Source of the DNA: Eledone cirrhosa
Lineage: Eukaryota
NCBI GenBank assembly: GCA_964016885.1
Contig: OZ024740.1
Span: forward strand, 429,722,001 to 429,786,000
Length of the DNA stretch: 64,000 bases
Reading direction: 5' to 3'
Part shown: in pieces, positions 62,101-64,000 of the stretch
Layout of the letters: each line of letters opens with the position of its first letter
Position numbering within the stretch: the stretch's first letter is position 1
Notes under the pieces: model-generated
What the model saw: the letters and a program-made list of their open reading frames with translations, nothing else
Databases searched by the model: none
Told to the model about the DNA's origin: nothing
Program-made: the position numbers and the translations under genes

Positions 62101-64000
62101 TGTTATATTATTCTAAATAACAACCTAATATTACTTCCTATATCATTACTGTTATATTATTCTAAATAACAACCTAATATTACTACCTATATCATTACTG
62201 TTATATTATTTTAAATAACAACCTAATATTACTACCTATATCATTACTGTTATATTATTCTAAATAACAACCTAATATTACTACCTATATCATTACTGTT
62301 ATATTATTCTAAATAACAACCTAATATTACAACCTATATCATTACTGTTATATTATTCTAAATAACAACCTAATATTACTTCCTATATCATTACTGTTAT
62401 ATTATTCTAAATAACAACCTAATATTACTACCTATATCATTACTGTTATATTATTCTAAATAACAACCTAATATTACTACCTATATCATTACTGTTATAT
62501 TATTCTAAATAACAACCTAATATTACTACCTATATCATTACTGTTATATTATTCTAAATAACAACCTAATATTACTACCTATATCATTACTGTTATATTA
62601 TTCTAAATAACAACCTAATATTACTACCTATATCATTACTGTTATATTATTCTAAATAATAACCTAATATTACTACCTATATCATTACTGTTATATTATT
62701 TTAAATAACAACCTAATATTACAACCTATATCATTACTGTCATATTATTCTAAATAACAATTTAATATTACTACCTATATTATTACTGTTATATTATTCT
62801 AAATAACAACCTAATATTACTACCTATATCATTACTGTTATATTATTCTAAATAACAACCTAATATTACTACCTATATCATTACTGTTATATTATTCTAA
62901 ATAACAACCTAATATTACAACCTATATCATTACTGTTATATTATTCTGAATAACAACCTAATATTACAACCTATATCATTACTGTTATATTATTCTAAAT
63001 AACAACATAATATTACAACCTATATCATTACTGTTATATTATTCTAAATAACAACCTAATATTACTACCTATATCATTACTGTTATATTATTCTAAATAA
63101 CAACCTAATATTACTAACTATATCATTACTGTTATATTATTCTAAATAACAACCTAATATTACTACCTATATCATTACTGTTATATTATTCTAAATAACA
63201 ACCTAATATTACAACCTATATCATTACTGTTATATTATTCTAAATAACAACCTAATATTACAACCTATATCATTACTGTTATATTATTCTAAATAACAAC
63301 CTAATATTACTACCTATATCATTACTGTTATATTATTCAAAATAACAACCAAATATTACTACCTATATCATTACTGTTATATTATTCTAAATAACAACCT
63401 AATATTACTACCTATATTATTACTGTTATATTATTCTAAATAACAACCTAATATTACTACCTATATCATTACTGTTATATTATTTTAAATAACAACCTAA
63501 TATTACTACCTATATCATTACTGTTATATTATTCTAAATAACAACCTAATATTACTACCTATATCATTACTGTTATATTATTCTAAATAACAACCTAATA
63601 TTACTACCTATATCATTACTGTTATATTATTCTAAATAACAACCTAATATTACTACCTATATCATTACTGTTATTTTATTCTAAATAATAACCTAATATT
63701 ACTACCTATATCATTACTGTTATATTATTCTAAATAACAACCTAATATTACTACCTATATCATTACTGTTATATTATTCTAAACAACAACCTAATATTAC
63801 TACCTATATCATTACTGTTATATTATTCTAAATAACAACCTAATATTACTACCTATATCATTACTGTTATATTATTCTAAACAACAACCTAATATTACTA
63901 CCTATATCATTACTGTTATATTATTCTAAATAACAACCTAATATTACTACCTATATCATTACTGTTATATTATTTTAAATAACAACCTAATATTTCTACC

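Larger units (their letters stand above)
1..64000 (+). repeat. 49-bp AT-rich tandem satellite array (about 1,300 monomers), running off both window ends
   Basis: TATTATTCTA recurs at 1, 50, 99 and so on. Consensus TATTATTCTAAATAACAACCTAATATTACTACCTATATCATTACTGTTA (19 A, 20 T, 9 C, 1 G). Most monomers have 0-2 substitutions. All monomers are in the same orientation except two 44-bp pieces. Confidence 0.99.

Noticed and set aside
1-64000. CRISPR array
   Set aside because: Units are contiguous near-identical 49-mers with no unique spacers, no leader and no cas genes.
1-64000. Repetitive protein-coding ORF
   Set aside because: 49 is not a multiple of 3, so every frame cycles through the several TAA (+) and TAA/TAG/TGA (-) stops in the monomer. 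No long ORF is possible.
1-64000. Telomeric repeat array (AACCT/CCTAA motif similar to TTAGG)
   Set aside because: AACCTAA occurs once per 49-mer and never in tandem, so it is likely a chance match.
1-64000. Variant pattern as an information-bearing code, or as pure sequencing noise
   Set aside because: Variants recur in linked blocks at exact multiples of 49, which nested duplication fully explains. Random read error would not repeat like this, and nothing supports a coding role.

Overview
The whole 64-kb window is one head-to-tail, AT-rich (about 20% GC) satellite array. Its 49-bp monomer has the consensus TATTATTCTAAATAACAACCTAATATTACTACCTATATCATTACTGTTA, and there are roughly 1,300 near-identical copies. 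I found no protein-coding gene, rRNA, true tRNA or CRISPR array. The only non-satellite DNA is two identical 186-bp tRNA-derived SINE-like inserts on the minus strand (24952-25137 and 36307-36492). Each has Pol III A/B boxes and a 19-bp target-site duplication, and each is followed about 85 bp later by a 44-bp inverted satellite piece with a template-switch signature. Both modules come from one insertion copied by a roughly 11.3-kb tandem duplication. Monomer variants show nested higher-order duplications, all multiples of 49 bp, and two variant domains that meet near the second SINE. From memory the SINE resembles abundant octopus/cephalopod SINEs, so this is probably eukaryotic heterochromatic or centromeric DNA, but I have not verified that. 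I see no new gene system; the interest lies in array architecture and evolution.
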